Positions 20,373 to 30,599 are shown, counted from the first letter of the stretch. The stretch is 64,000 nucleotides of DNA from Candidatus Nanoarchaeia archaeon (GCA_028714095.1 JAQTMY010000001.1:185787-249786); one strand, 5' to 3'. Made by a program: numbers and translations. The notes: generated from the letters alone by a model not told the origin.

Positions 20373-20771
20373 ATGAGTGGATTAGAAGTTACACAACAAC
20401 AAGATATCTCTTATACACTTAGTGATCTGACTGCCAGGATAAGAATCCTAGAATCAAAATACAATACCTATGGGGAAAGGATGCTCCTCATGAATCAGAA
20501 TATGATCACAGAATATCAAAAATTATCAAAAGAAATAAAGAATATGAATGAAGAAATAATAGATTTAAAAAGAAATCTGCAGGAATTAAAGGAAACAACA
20601 GAAAAAATCATAAGAGAAATGAATATTTTCGCAAAAAAAGACTCAGTAAAGGTTTTAGAAAAGTATATTAACCTTTGGAACCCTATGAAGTTTATAACTG
20701 AAGAGGATGTAAGAAAAATACTAAGAGGTGAACTAAAATTAATAACGAGCCCCCATTCGAACGAGCTCTAG
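20373..20771 (+). CDS. Hypothetical coiled-coil protein
   Basis: Heptad-rich sequence; divergent from the pilus ATPase operon. Confidence 0.35.
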   Translation: MSGLEVTQQQDISYTLSDLTARIRILESKYNTYGERMLLMNQNMITEYQKLSKEIKNMNEEIIDLKRNLQELKETTEKIIREMNIFAKKDSVKVLEKYINLWNPMKFITEEDVRKILRGELKLITSPHSNEL

Positions 20772-20836
20772 AATTAAAAAAACAGGGATTAGATGAAGAT
20801 TTAATTAGAAAAACATTAGCAGAAGAGGGCTTTCCC

Positions 20837-21454
20837 ATGTCTCAGATTGGTGAAGCAATAAACCAAATGGATATTAAAATAGGGGTTGAAGACCAGAAGT
20901 ATCCTTCAAAAGAAGAGAAGAAAAGTCCACTACAAAAGTTAGGAATATTCAAAATGCAAAAATCAAATACAAATCCGGGAATGCAATCCTCGATGATCGA
21001 TGAAGATGTTCCAGTACCAACGCCTGAAGCTTCATCTCAGCAGGATATGCAGCAATTTCAGACACAACCATCAGCACAAGATTTTAATTACTCAATACCT
21101 CAGCAACCATCCCCGGTAATAGATACCTCGAATGAAGAATTAATTGAATCCTTGATAGAGGAAAAGTGGCAGCAGGTTATTCAAAGTGTAGGTGATATGG
21201 ATGTATGGAAGGCGAGAGTAAAAGACGATCTTCTTTCAGTAAAACAGGAAATTCTGAGGATAAGCAGCAGAGTAGATAATTTACAGGCAGCAGTCCTTTC
21301 AAAAGTAAATGAATATTCTTCAAATTTGTCTGAAGTAGGAACCGAAATAAAAGCATTGGAAAAGGTCATGGAAAAAATCATAGAACCATTGACAACGAAC
21401 ATCAAGGAATTAAATAGGATAACAGAAGATCTTAAAAAAGGTTATCACAAATAA
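20837..21454 (+). CDS. Hypothetical protein, Q/P-rich N-terminal half and coiled-coil C-terminal half
   Basis: ORF only. Confidence 0.35.
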   Translation: MSQIGEAINQMDIKIGVEDQKYPSKEEKKSPLQKLGIFKMQKSNTNPGMQSSMIDEDVPVPTPEASSQQDMQQFQTQPSAQDFNYSIPQQPSPVIDTSNEELIESLIEEKWQQVIQSVGDMDVWKARVKDDLLSVKQEILRISSRVDNLQAAVLSKVNEYSSNLSEVGTEIKALEKVMEKIIEPLTTNIKELNRITEDLKKGYHK

Positions 21455-21455
21455 A

Positions 21456-21980
21456 CTATTTTCCGCCGCTTATCAATCTTATTGCCTGTGCAGCTACAAC
21501 TAAGATAAATAGTGCCCCAAGTAGTTTAGGGCTGAATAATATTTGCCCAATGCTCTTTGTTACATCCTCCCCCCCTTGCTCCTGGGTTAAGCCCTGAACA
21601 TCACTCCCAAAGGTCTTAGTCGCAGCATATCCAAAGATTCCTACAATAACAATGATTACAATTAACCATATCATCCAGGACTGTTGAAATACTCCAGAGA
21701 TTGCCTCTCCACCTACCCCAACAAACATGAATATAACAAGTATAAGTGATATAACCACAATCAAGATAACATACCATGGAGCAGCAATGCTAATTAAATC
21801 ACTAACTCCAGGCATTACGATGAATAAGAATGCAACAACAAAGGCAGCAGCCAGATTTAAGAAAGCATTACCAAAAAAGTTTGTTTTATATGCAATTGCA
21901 TAAAGCAATATAAATACAAATAAGAAAGTAAACAAAGGTTTCAGGAATGAAAAAAATGAAAAGTCAAGTAAAGATGCCAT
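21456..21980 (-). CDS. Four-TM membrane protein, tandem paralog 3 of 3
   Basis: Shares LPFLL..F...AVL.K...G and LPW/APW blocks with the two upstream paralogs. Confidence 0.5.
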   Translation of the reverse strand: MASLLDFSFFSFLKPLFTFLFVFILLYAIAYKTNFFGNAFLNLAAAFVVAFLFIVMPGVSDLISIAAPWYVILIVVISLILVIFMFVGVGGEAISGVFQQSWMIWLIVIIVIVGIFGYAATKTFGSDVQGLTQEQGGEDVTKSIGQILFSPKLLGALFILVVAAQAIRLISGGK

Positions 21981-22537
21981 TAGTCCTTCCTCTCAGTATG
22001 TTTTGCAATTCCTTCTAAGGCTTTTTTGGCCCAGTTTCCTTCGTCCTCACCACCACTCTTTGGTTCTCTTACAACTATGTAGATAACTATAACAAATACA
22101 GCTACAAATAATATGGTTGATTTTGTTTGTGGATCAATATTGCTCAACCAGCTTGGACCATTGACAAATAATTTATCAGCAGTCAATGCCCAAATTACAA
22201 ATACTAACGAAACAATTGTAGCTAGTCCAAGCATCCACCCCTTCCATTGGGAACCTCCCCCAAATAATCCAATTAGAAGAAGGAACATTAATATAACAAC
22301 CAAGAACATTGAGATGTTCGGCAAAAATCTGTTAACAAGTTCGACAAGATACTGGTTTCTTACAAATAACAAAGCAATTACAAATGAAACAACAACATTA
22401 ATCCCTCTTACGTTTTTTTCTTCCTTGCCGAATAACTTGATTTTTTGCAGAACTGCAAAGGTTAAAGTAAATACTAATAAGAAAGGCAATAAAACATTAT
22501 ATACCCCTATATTCTCCCAAGTGGTTAACCATTTCAC
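21980..22537 (-). CDS. Four-TM membrane protein, tandem paralog 2 of 3
   Basis: VLLPFLLVFTLTFAVLQKIKLFGK plus a conserved hydrophobic core; it abuts the paralog 3 start. Confidence 0.5.
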   Translation of the reverse strand: MKWLTTWENIGVYNVLLPFLLVFTLTFAVLQKIKLFGKEEKNVRGINVVVSFVIALLFVRNQYLVELVNRFLPNISMFLVVILMFLLLIGLFGGGSQWKGWMLGLATIVSLVFVIWALTADKLFVNGPSWLSNIDPQTKSTILFVAVFVIVIYIVVREPKSGGEDEGNWAKKALEGIAKHTERKD

Positions 22538-22564
22538 AAAATTAAGACTCTCTGCCAGACCCCA

Positions 22565-23104
22565 TCACCCCTCTTTTTTTTCCTTTTTACCTCCAGTAAC
22601 TACCAGTAAAATTGTTCCAACAATGATTAATACTAAAACAATCCCCATTATAAGTGTATCGGCCCACTTATACATAATAAATCCTACAAGGGGGGTTAGC
22701 CATCCAAATCCGTGAAGGAATATTGCAATGATTGCAATGAATGCAATAACCATTAAAAAAGTTCTCCATCCCTTGTGTTCATCAAACTTGAATTCTGTAT
22801 CACCAAAGGCAGTTCCAGCCAATAGCATGAACATTAAGATAGCCAATAATACTAAAACAACCCAAGGCAATGAGATCTTGAACGCATCAGTGATTTGTTT
22901 TGTAGCTACAACAAACAAGGCAACAACAAAGGCCAACATAGCATTAACATTTGTTTTTGGCTTTTCGTCTTTGGTTTTTCCAAGTATCTTTGTTTTCTCC
23001 AAAACAGCATAAACAATTACAAAAGTAAGTAAGAATGGCAGTACTACATCAAAAAAGCCTAAGTCTTCTAGAAAGTATATCGACTTGGCTAACGGAGATA
23101 CCAT
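22565..23104 (-). CDS. Four-TM membrane protein, tandem paralog 1 of 3
   Basis: VVLPFLLTFVIVYAVLEKTKILGK plus ISLPWVVLVLL. Confidence 0.5.
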   Translation of the reverse strand: MVSPLAKSIYFLEDLGFFDVVLPFLLTFVIVYAVLEKTKILGKTKDEKPKTNVNAMLAFVVALFVVATKQITDAFKISLPWVVLVLLAILMFMLLAGTAFGDTEFKFDEHKGWRTFLMVIAFIAIIAIFLHGFGWLTPLVGFIMYKWADTLIMGIVLVLIIVGTILLVVTGGKKEKKEG

Positions 23105-23139
23105 AAAGAATAAAAAAATAAACTAGTATAAAAAGGTTA

Positions 23140-23430
23140 TTATTCCTCTATTATGTTCTCTCCTTTTTCTTCATAAGATGGAATAGCAGCTTTAGAAATT
23201 ATCATAACATCGCCAACTGCCTTAACAAGTTGATGTGGGACTATTACTCCTTTGGCTCCTCCCAATACTTTTGTCAAGAAGGAATTTTTAGTTGCCTTAA
23301 CTCTCCACCCAAAGATTTTAGTCATTGTAAGAATTGCTTCCTCAACATCACCAAAATATTCACCTGTATCAGTATAAACAGGCATATTATACAATTCATT
23401 AATCTGCCTAAGCTTTAACATCAGGGTCAA
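23140..23430 (-). CDS. PRC-barrel domain protein
   Basis: About 95 aa with a PRC-barrel-like G..V.D......G motif pattern. Confidence 0.45.
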   Translation of the reverse strand: MTLMLKLRQINELYNMPVYTDTGEYFGDVEEAILTMTKIFGWRVKATKNSFLTKVLGGAKGVIVPHQLVKAVGDVMIISKAAIPSYEEKGENIIEE

Positions 23431-23486
23431 CCTCCTTTTATTTTCTTGGAAAACCTTTTTAAGTATTTAAAGATTTCTGTACTAAG

Positions 23487-24149
23487 ATGAAGATATATAA
23501 GAATTTAATAATCATAGGGACATCTCATATATCAAGAGAGTCAATCAACGAGGTAGAATCCACAATAAAAGCTGAATTTCCAGACCTAATTTGCCTGGAA
23601 CTGGACTCACAAAGACTTCCTGTTTTAACCTCAAACCAAAAAAGAAAGATAAAATTTTCTGATATATTTAAGATTGGAGTGAAGGGGTTGTTGTTTAATC
23701 TGATTGGGGCATATGCAGAAAAGAAATTGGGGGAAATTGTGAATGTAAAGCCTGGCTCTGAAATGAAAAAGGCCTATCAGCTAGCTAGAAAATTTAAGAT
23801 TAGGATAGCTCTGATTGATCAGCCAATTCAGATTACATTAAAAAGACTTTCAAAATCAATCACATTCAAAGAAAAAATGACTTTTGTAAAAGAAATAATC
23901 AAATCTATTTTCAAAAAACCAACCCTTAAGTTTGATTTAAATAAAGTTCCTGATGAAAAAATAATTGAAGAGTTATTGAAGGAGACCCAGAAAAATTATC
24001 CTTCTGTTTACAGAGTTTTAATAACAGAGAGAAATAATTACATGGCAAAAAATTTATATAAACTAATGCAACACCATAATAAGATAGTTGCAATTGTTGG
24101 AGCAGGTCACGAGAAAGAAATCATAGACATAATAAAAAAATGGAAATAA
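23487..24149 (+). CDS. TraB/PrgY-family protein, N-terminal domain
   Basis: IIIGTSHISRES motif (GTxHxS) and an acidic ELD motif typical of the TraB family. Confidence 0.6.
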   Translation: MKIYKNLIIIGTSHISRESINEVESTIKAEFPDLICLELDSQRLPVLTSNQKRKIKFSDIFKIGVKGLLFNLIGAYAEKKLGEIVNVKPGSEMKKAYQLARKFKIRIALIDQPIQITLKRLSKSITFKEKMTFVKEIIKSIFKKPTLKFDLNKVPDEKIIEELLKETQKNYPSVYRVLITERNNYMAKNLYKLMQHHNKIVAIVGAGHEKEIIDIIKKWK

Positions 24150-24874
24150 CAAAAAAAGAGGTAAAAGCAATTTTAATTGCATCATTCTTAATTGCACTTG
24201 TGTTCGGTTTTAATGATGGATCTGATTTATTTGAAATCCAGCACTGGATTCTTAATTTCTTGTTTATCTTTCTTGGAGCAGTATTAAGCACATTCATTTA
24301 TACGTTTGTAATCAAATTGGGGGCAATACATTACGGAGGAAAAGCAACCTACAGGATGTGGACAATAAAGCAGATATTCATAAGGCAGCAGATGAGGTTT
24401 GAACCTCCTATTCCTATCGGAGCAATAATAGGATTTTTATTTACATTGTTTTCAAACGGTAAATTATTTTTATTGGCAATCCACTCGCCAGAGGTAGTTT
24501 CTGACAAGGTTGCAAGAACAGGAAGATTATTCAAAAATATTTATGAAACCGAAATTGCAAAGGTGCATGCGCTAGGTCCATTAACATTATTAGCCCTTGG
24601 TTTATTGCTTAATGTAATCAATCCAGTATTATTTGACAGGTTGATAACAATGAACTATTTGCTTGCAATTTATCATCTAATCCCATTTTCAGATTTAAAC
24701 GGAACCCATTTGTTCATGGGTGCAAGATTATTGTATGTCTTTATAGTAATATTGGTTATTGGTTGTGTTATTCTTGCTCAGTTCCTTTCACCAATACAGT
24801 CCGTTATAGTTGCTTTGGTAATTGCCTTAATCCTGGGTGGCTGGTTGTTATTTGCAGCACTTGGAAGAAAATAA
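24140..24874 (+). CDS. Polytopic membrane protein, probably the C-terminal membrane half of the TraB-family gene (frame-shifted relative to 23487..24149)
   Basis: Archaeal TraB homologs carry a C-terminal TM domain. The junction falls on an A7 run at 24134..24140. Confidence 0.45.
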   Translation: MEITKKEVKAILIASFLIALVFGFNDGSDLFEIQHWILNFLFIFLGAVLSTFIYTFVIKLGAIHYGGKATYRMWTIKQIFIRQQMRFEPPIPIGAIIGFLFTLFSNGKLFLLAIHSPEVVSDKVARTGRLFKNIYETEIAKVHALGPLTLLALGLLLNVINPVLFDRLITMNYLLAIYHLIPFSDLNGTHLFMGARLLYVFIVILVIGCVILAQFLSPIQSVIVALVIALILGGWLLFAALGRK

Positions 24875-24876
24875 AC

Positions 24877-25146
24877 TCAGGAAAATATGGAAATAACTCC
24901 TTTGATGATTAGCCATGCAAAAGCTAAATAAGATATCCATCCAAATATTCCAAAAATAGCAAATATAACCACTATTCCTACTAATCCATCTACTGTGCTC
25001 CCAAAGTCAGGGAAAAACATAAATGCCTTGAATATTAAATAAATGGCTGCAGCCCAGGCCATTCTGGCTGGGATAGAATCAGTTTTAATTAAAAGTAGCA
25101 ATACGGCCGAAAGTATGTCAAATGCTCCAAATAGTTTAACTAGCAT
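24877..25146 (-). CDS. Small membrane protein
   Basis: Three predicted TM helices; ORF only. Confidence 0.3.
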   Translation of the reverse strand: MLVKLFGAFDILSAVLLLLIKTDSIPARMAWAAAIYLIFKAFMFFPDFGSTVDGLVGIVVIFAIFGIFGWISYLAFAWLIIKGVISIFS

Positions 25147-25179
25147 GAATTTTACCCCATAAAAATATATATAAAGCTT

Positions 25180-27174
25180 TTGAATAACATTTTAACTATG
25201 TATGCAGTTTCTAATTTCCAGCCAAGGGACTATCAATTAAATATTTTAGAAACCTGTAAGATAAACAATACCCTAGTAATACTACCAACAGGACTAGGAA
25301 AAACAAAAATAGCAATAATGCTTGCTGTAAACCGCCTTAATCTTATTAATAATTCTAAGATATTAATACTAACACCCACAAAACCTTTAGCAGAGCAGAT
25401 AGGACTTGAAATTAAAAATTCTAGCAATATAAAAAACATTGAGGTTCTTACAGGATTAATTCCTCCTGAACAAAGAAAAGAGTTATGGAAAAAATCCATT
25501 GTTATAGTCTCAACTCCGCAAGGACTTACAAATGACTTGATGAATGAAAAGATTTCCTTGGAAGATATCTCTCTTCTTGTTATTGATGAGGCTCACCGTT
25601 CTATTGGAGATTATGATTATGTCTGGATTGCTTCCCAATATAATAAAAAAGCAAAGATGCCAAGAATATTAGCTTTAACTGCATCTCCAGGCTCAGACAA
25701 TAAAAAAATAAAAGAGATTTGTAATAATTTGTTTATAGATTCAATTGAAATAAGGCATAGGGAAGATGAAGATGTAAAAAAATATGTTCAAGATATGAAT
25801 ATTTTATGGTTAAACGTTGATCTTCCGGAAGAATTCAAAAAAGTAAAAGATTACCTAGATCTATGTTATAAATCAATAATCCTAAAATTAAAAAACCTAG
25901 GTTTAATTGGTCCAAACCAGGAATACATTTCAAAAACTCAAACACTTGACATCCAAAGAAGAATCCAGGGCAAGTTATCCCAAGGAGAAAAAGACATAAG
26001 GCTCTGGCAGGGAATTTCCCTTGCAGCCCAGTTAATGAAAGTTCAGCATGCTCAGGAATTACTTGGAACACAAAATCTAAGATCACTTCATAACTATCTA
26101 AATGAAATTATTTCAAAATCATCAAAAGTAAAGGCAAACAAGAATCTCGCTAAAGATGTTAATTTTAAGTCTGCTTTGATTCAGACTAATTCGCTTATTG
26201 AAAATGAGTTTGAACATCCAAAAATAAAAAAGATAAAAGAGCTTGTTTTGGAGCAGTTAAACGAAAATAAAAACTCCAAGATCTTAATATTTAATCATTA
26301 CAGGGAATCAGCTTCATTACTTGAGAAAGAATTGAATAAGATTAAGGATGTTAATGCAAAGTTATTTGTTGGGCAGACAAAAAAATCAGGAACAGGATTA
26401 TCCCAAAAAGAACAGATGGAAATTATAGGAAAATTTTCTCATCTTGATTACAATGTCTTGATCTCAACTTCGATAGGCGAAGAGGGATTGGATATCCCTC
26501 AAGTGGATTTGGTAATCTTTTATGAACCTGTCCCTTCTGCAATTCGTTCTATCCAGAGGAGAGGTAGAACTGCAAGATTAAAAGAAGGCAAAGTCTTGAT
26601 TTTAATAACAAAAGGAACAAGCGACGAAGCCTATCATTGGTCTTCTTTTAACAAGGAAAAGAAAATGTACAAGACCCTAAAGGACTTAAAAGATAAAATA
26701 AAATTAAAATCACAGTTGCCATTGACAAGTTTCCAGAAAAAGGAATTTGTTATAGTTGCAGATCATAGGGAAAAAAATTCTCCTGTATTAAAAAACTTAA
26801 TAGAGGAAAATGCAGAGATAGAATTAAAACAGCTTGAGGTTGCAGATTATATTTTGTCAAACAAGATAGGTATAGAGAGAAAAACAGTAAAGGATTTTGT
26901 TGATTCTATTGTAGACCAGAGACTGATGAAGCAGATGGTTTCATTAAAAGACAAGTTTGAAAAACCTCTCTTGATAATAGAAGGGACAGAAAACATCTAC
27001 GAAGTCAGAAATGTTCATAAGAATGCAATCCAGGGCGCATTATCTTCTATTGCTCTTGATTTTAACATTCCAATCCTTTATACAAAAGATTCAAAGGAGA
27101 CTGCTTCTTTGATAAAAAACATGGCTTTAAGAGAAAATAAAAAAGAAACAGAGTTGCAGAAAAAATTAAAGTAA
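25180..27174 (+). CDS. hef: Hef-like helicase-nuclease (SF2 DEAH helicase fused to an ERCC4/XPF nuclease domain)
   Basis: Walker A PTGLGKT; DEAH box LVIDEAHRS; motif VI QRRGRTAR. The C-terminal ERCC4 region is VIVADHRE...ADYIL...GIERK. Confidence 0.8.
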   Translation: MNNILTMYAVSNFQPRDYQLNILETCKINNTLVILPTGLGKTKIAIMLAVNRLNLINNSKILILTPTKPLAEQIGLEIKNSSNIKNIEVLTGLIPPEQRKELWKKSIVIVSTPQGLTNDLMNEKISLEDISLLVIDEAHRSIGDYDYVWIASQYNKKAKMPRILALTASPGSDNKKIKEICNNLFIDSIEIRHREDEDVKKYVQDMNILWLNVDLPEEFKKVKDYLDLCYKSIILKLKNLGLIGPNQEYISKTQTLDIQRRIQGKLSQGEKDIRLWQGISLAAQLMKVQHAQELLGTQNLRSLHNYLNEIISKSSKVKANKNLAKDVNFKSALIQTNSLIENEFEHPKIKKIKELVLEQLNENKNSKILIFNHYRESASLLEKELNKIKDVNAKLFVGQTKKSGTGLSQKEQMEIIGKFSHLDYNVLISTSIGEEGLDIPQVDLVIFYEPVPSAIRSIQRRGRTARLKEGKVLILITKGTSDEAYHWSSFNKEKKMYKTLKDLKDKIKLKSQLPLTSFQKKEFVIVADHREKNSPVLKNLIEENAEIELKQLEVADYILSNKIGIERKTVKDFVDSIVDQRLMKQMVSLKDKFEKPLLIIEGTENIYEVRNVHKNAIQGALSSIALDFNIPILYTKDSKETASLIKNMALRENKKETELQKKLK

Positions 27175-27699
27175 ATATCTCTCAATAATTCTATACTTTG
27201 GCCCGTCCTTAGTCAAAGTACTTGAAAATAAAATAAACTCCTCAACAATAAACTCTCCCTTAATCTTAACATTCATTTTTTCAAAGAATTTTGTTTTATC
27301 ATTGACTTCATTGATTCTTCCAATAGTAACATGAGCCTTAAACTTTTGATCCTTATCCATACTATAATTTAATAATTCCCCATCAACCTTGCCCTGTAGA
27401 TCTAATATTTCCTTCTCAGGCTCTAACCCAATCCAAACAACTCTCGGTTTATGTTTGTCAGGAAAAAAACCAATCTCAGTAGCAGAAATCTTAAATGGTT
27501 TATGCTTAATATTTTTTAAAATCTCCTTGACTTCTTCAACTTTTTTCTCAGATAATTCTCCTAAAAATGCGAGTGTTAAATGAAGATTCTTTTTGGAAAC
27601 CCATCTCACCTTTGCTTCCTTAGAATTGATAGTTCTTTGTAAATCATAAACCTGTTGTTTAATTTCTTCAGGAACCTCTACAGCAACAAAAACTCTCAT
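27166..27699 (-). CDS. thpR: RNA 2',3'-cyclic phosphodiesterase (ThpR/LigT, 2H family)
   Basis: Two H-x-T-x motifs: HLTLAFLG and HVTIGR. Confidence 0.75.
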   Translation of the reverse strand: MRVFVAVEVPEEIKQQVYDLQRTINSKEAKVRWVSKKNLHLTLAFLGELSEKKVEEVKEILKNIKHKPFKISATEIGFFPDKHKPRVVWIGLEPEKEILDLQGKVDGELLNYSMDKDQKFKAHVTIGRINEVNDKTKFFEKMNVKIKGEFIVEEFILFSSTLTKDGPKYRIIERYLL

Positions 27700-27715
27700 A
27701 TAAAAAGAAACTATT

Positions 27716-28450
27716 TTAACCTTTTAAACTTAACTCATCCACAATCTTTTTGGCAATTTTGACAGTCATTCCATTAACATCTTTGTCAGGATTTACTTCA
27801 ACAAGGTCAATCATCTTTAGGTTATTTAGTAATTTTAATCTCCTTAAGAAATAAAATAATTCTTTAGAGCTAAGACCTCCTGGTTCTAAATATCCAGTTC
27901 CTGGAGCAAAAGCAGGATCCAAAACATCAATATCAATACTTAAGTATAAAGCATCAAACTTCATACAGTTCTCCATAACAACATCGCATATCTCCTCAAT
28001 ATTATTAAATAATTTCTTGTCATCAAAATAAATTATCTTTTCCTGCTGCAAAAATTGTTTCTCTTTAATATCCATAGTTCTAATTCCAACCAAAATAACA
28101 TTCTCTTTTTTAATAATTCCATCTCTGATTAAAACTTTGACAAAATCTTCATGGCTAGGAGGTCTAAAATCATTCTCGCAGTCAGGATGAGCATCAAAAA
28201 TAACCAGACCGGGGTTTTTGTATTTTTTAGATAGTTTCCTGAAACAGGAAAAAGTTATTGAATGGTCCCCCCCCACAATAAAACCCTCGTCAACAGAATT
28301 AAAAATATTTTCATTGGTTTCTTCAATGTTATTGGGATTAATCTTGATATTAACAGATTCTTTTCCCTCTAGTATTAAATCTGGAGCTTTCTCACACCCA
28401 TTATTCTTCCGTAAACTTCCCTGACTAGATTTAATTTTATAAAATTTCAT
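27716..28450 (-). CDS. speB: Ureohydrolase, agmatinase/arginase family
   Basis: GGDHSIT, DAHPD and SIDIDVLDP metal-binding motifs. Confidence 0.75.
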   Translation of the reverse strand: MKFYKIKSSQGSLRKNNGCEKAPDLILEGKESVNIKINPNNIEETNENIFNSVDEGFIVGGDHSITFSCFRKLSKKYKNPGLVIFDAHPDCENDFRPPSHEDFVKVLIRDGIIKKENVILVGIRTMDIKEKQFLQQEKIIYFDDKKLFNNIEEICDVVMENCMKFDALYLSIDIDVLDPAFAPGTGYLEPGGLSSKELFYFLRRLKLLNNLKMIDLVEVNPDKDVNGMTVKIAKKIVDELSLKG

Positions 28451-29583
28451 TATCCAAACATATTGACTTCGTTTTCTTCAACACTTTTTATCTTGTCAAT
28501 AGCAAGAAGAAAATCACTCTGGTTTACTTTATTTCTCTTGTCTCTTATAGCAAAATATCCTGCTTCAGTGCAGATTGCATATATCTCTGCTCCGCTTAAT
28601 CCTTCTGTTTTCTCAGCAAGCAAATCAAAATCAATTTTATTTTTATTCATTTCTTTAGTATGTACCCTAAATATTTCTTTACGTTCGTCTAATAAAGGCA
28701 AACCAACTTCAATCAATCTGTCAAATCTTCCAGGCCTTAAAACAGCCTCGTCTAAGATATCGACTCTGTTTGTAGCTCCAACAATTTTTACATTCTCTAA
28801 ATCTTTAAACCCATCAATCTCAGCGAGTAATTGCATAAAAGTCCTTTGGACTTCTCTCTCCCCGGAAGTTCCAATATCAATTCTTTGTGAAGCAATAGCA
28901 TCAAGTTCATCAATAAAGATAATTGAAGGGGATTTTTCTCTTGCTAGCTGGAATATTTCCTTGACTAGTCTTGCTCCATCCCCAATAAATTTCTGGTTTA
29001 GTTCAGAAGCAATAACCTCTATGAAAGTAGCATTTGTTGAAGCAGCAACAGCTTTAGCCAATAAAGTTTTTCCAGTTCCAGAAGGTCCAAACAGTAAAAT
29101 TCCTTTGGGAGGTTTAATTCCAATCTCTTTAAACAACTCAGGCTGTTTTAAAGGTAACTCTAATACCTCATGTATCTCCTTTGTTTGCTCCTTTAATCCA
29201 CCGATGTCTTCCCACGAAACCTTTGGTTTTTCAACAATAACAAAATCCTCAACGCTGAAAGTTTTGTCTTTCTCATTTAGTTTATCTATGACAGTAAAAC
29301 TCCTTTGCTCAACAATAACACTGTCTCCAGGTTTCAGGTCTTTTTTAAGATGTCCTGCAACCTCTACCAAGAAATAATTTCCATTAGGCAGCCTTATCAT
29401 CGCCTTTTCGTCAACCATCTTTTTTATATCGCATACAACTAAAGGTCTTTTCTTGAACTTATTGATTTCCTCCCTAAGGTATGTAACAGTAGCTCTCAAA
29501 ACCCTGTTCTCACTGTTTAGATCTATACTTTCTGCAAAATTTAAAGTTCCAAGTCTGTCCTCTTCCTTTGGGCTAGATTTCAT
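28450..29583 (-). CDS. pan: Proteasome-activating nucleotidase (PAN)
   Basis: N-terminal coiled coil, OB region, a single AAA module (GPSGTGKTLLAKAVA), and a C-terminal hydrophobic-Tyr-X-like tail. Confidence 0.85.
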   Translation of the reverse strand: MKSSPKEEDRLGTLNFAESIDLNSENRVLRATVTYLREEINKFKKRPLVVCDIKKMVDEKAMIRLPNGNYFLVEVAGHLKKDLKPGDSVIVEQRSFTVIDKLNEKDKTFSVEDFVIVEKPKVSWEDIGGLKEQTKEIHEVLELPLKQPELFKEIGIKPPKGILLFGPSGTGKTLLAKAVAASTNATFIEVIASELNQKFIGDGARLVKEIFQLAREKSPSIIFIDELDAIASQRIDIGTSGEREVQRTFMQLLAEIDGFKDLENVKIVGATNRVDILDEAVLRPGRFDRLIEVGLPLLDERKEIFRVHTKEMNKNKIDFDLLAEKTEGLSGAEIYAICTEAGYFAIRDKRNKVNQSDFLLAIDKIKSVEENEVNMFG

Positions 29584-29585
29584 AG

Positions 29586-30599
29586 CTAATAAGCTGCTTT
29601 TATCAACTTTAAAAGTTTTTCCCTCTCCCTTTTCATTGGCTTTAGTAATAAATTTATCTCTCTTGCAACAGAATTCTTCAAATCTAAAGGATGTAACTTC
29701 TTTTCTTTAAAGTCTTTTTCAATGCCTTTGTAATCTTCATACTCCAAATTGCCTCCATATTTTGCAGGCCTTTCAACAATAAACTTCTCATTTTTATCTT
29801 CTTTTATAACCATAACAACATTTTTCAAAAAAGCCAATAACCCATTATCAATTTCGCCTGAAACACATTCAGCTTCCTTAATCTTGTTAATTACCTCCTC
29901 CTCTGTATCCACTAAATCTATTTTGGATTTAACATCAGAGGAACTCATTTTCTTTCCAATCAATCCAGGAATTAATGGAGTCATTACCTCTATTCTGGGT
30001 TTATATCCTATTTTTGGGTGATTTTCTCTTGCAAACATGAATATCTTTCTTTGATCAACCCCCCCATACTGGACATCAACTTTAAGATATTCTTCATCAA
30101 GCATCTGCATTATTGGGTAGATTAATCCTGATAATTTTGGATTATCTCCAAACTTAACTACTTCAGAAGCAGCCCTCTTGCAGTCATTTATTGAAGCAAA
30201 AGTTGAAACTCTTAAAACATCAAACATATATTCTTTCTTAAGTTGGTAGTCAGAGCCCTTCACAATCTCAAAGTTCTTGATATTAACATTAATTGCTTCA
30301 AACATTAAAGGGATTAATTTTGAATAATAATCATATCTCTTTTCTAAAACCTCCCATGGGCAGTTATCCATTGCTCCATGCAGATCTGCCAGTAATAACT
30401 TTACCTTAAATCCTGCCTTTAGAAAATCTGCAAGTTTTAAAACCCATACAAAATAACCTACATGCGGTCTTCCTGTTATAGAAACTCCAAGATAAACAAC
30501 AGGATTTTTCTTTTTCTTCAATAACTCTTTTAGTTCCTGCTCTGTTACAATCTCTTCAGTGTTTCTTTTTATTAATTCAAGCTTTTTATCAGTATCCAT
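29586..30599 (-). CDS. tyrS: Tyrosyl-tRNA synthetase (archaeal type)
   Basis: HIGH-type motif ITGRPHVGY and KMSSS (KMSKS) motif. Confidence 0.85.
   Translation of the reverse strand: MDTDKKLELIKRNTEEIVTEQELKELLKKKKNPVVYLGVSITGRPHVGYFVWVLKLADFLKAGFKVKLLLADLHGAMDNCPWEVLEKRYDYYSKLIPLMFEAINVNIKNFEIVKGSDYQLKKEYMFDVLRVSTFASINDCKRAASEVVKFGDNPKLSGLIYPIMQMLDEEYLKVDVQYGGVDQRKIFMFARENHPKIGYKPRIEVMTPLIPGLIGKKMSSSDVKSKIDLVDTEEEVINKIKEAECVSGEIDNGLLAFLKNVVMVIKEDKNEKFIVERPAKYGGNLEYEDYKGIEKDFKEKKLHPLDLKNSVAREINLLLKPMKREREKLLKLIKAAY

Noticed and set aside
28463-29377. A 304-aa plus-strand ORF overlaps PAN.
   Set aside because: It is an antisense shadow of the well-supported PAN gene. It has a Ser/Leu-rich low-complexity translation.
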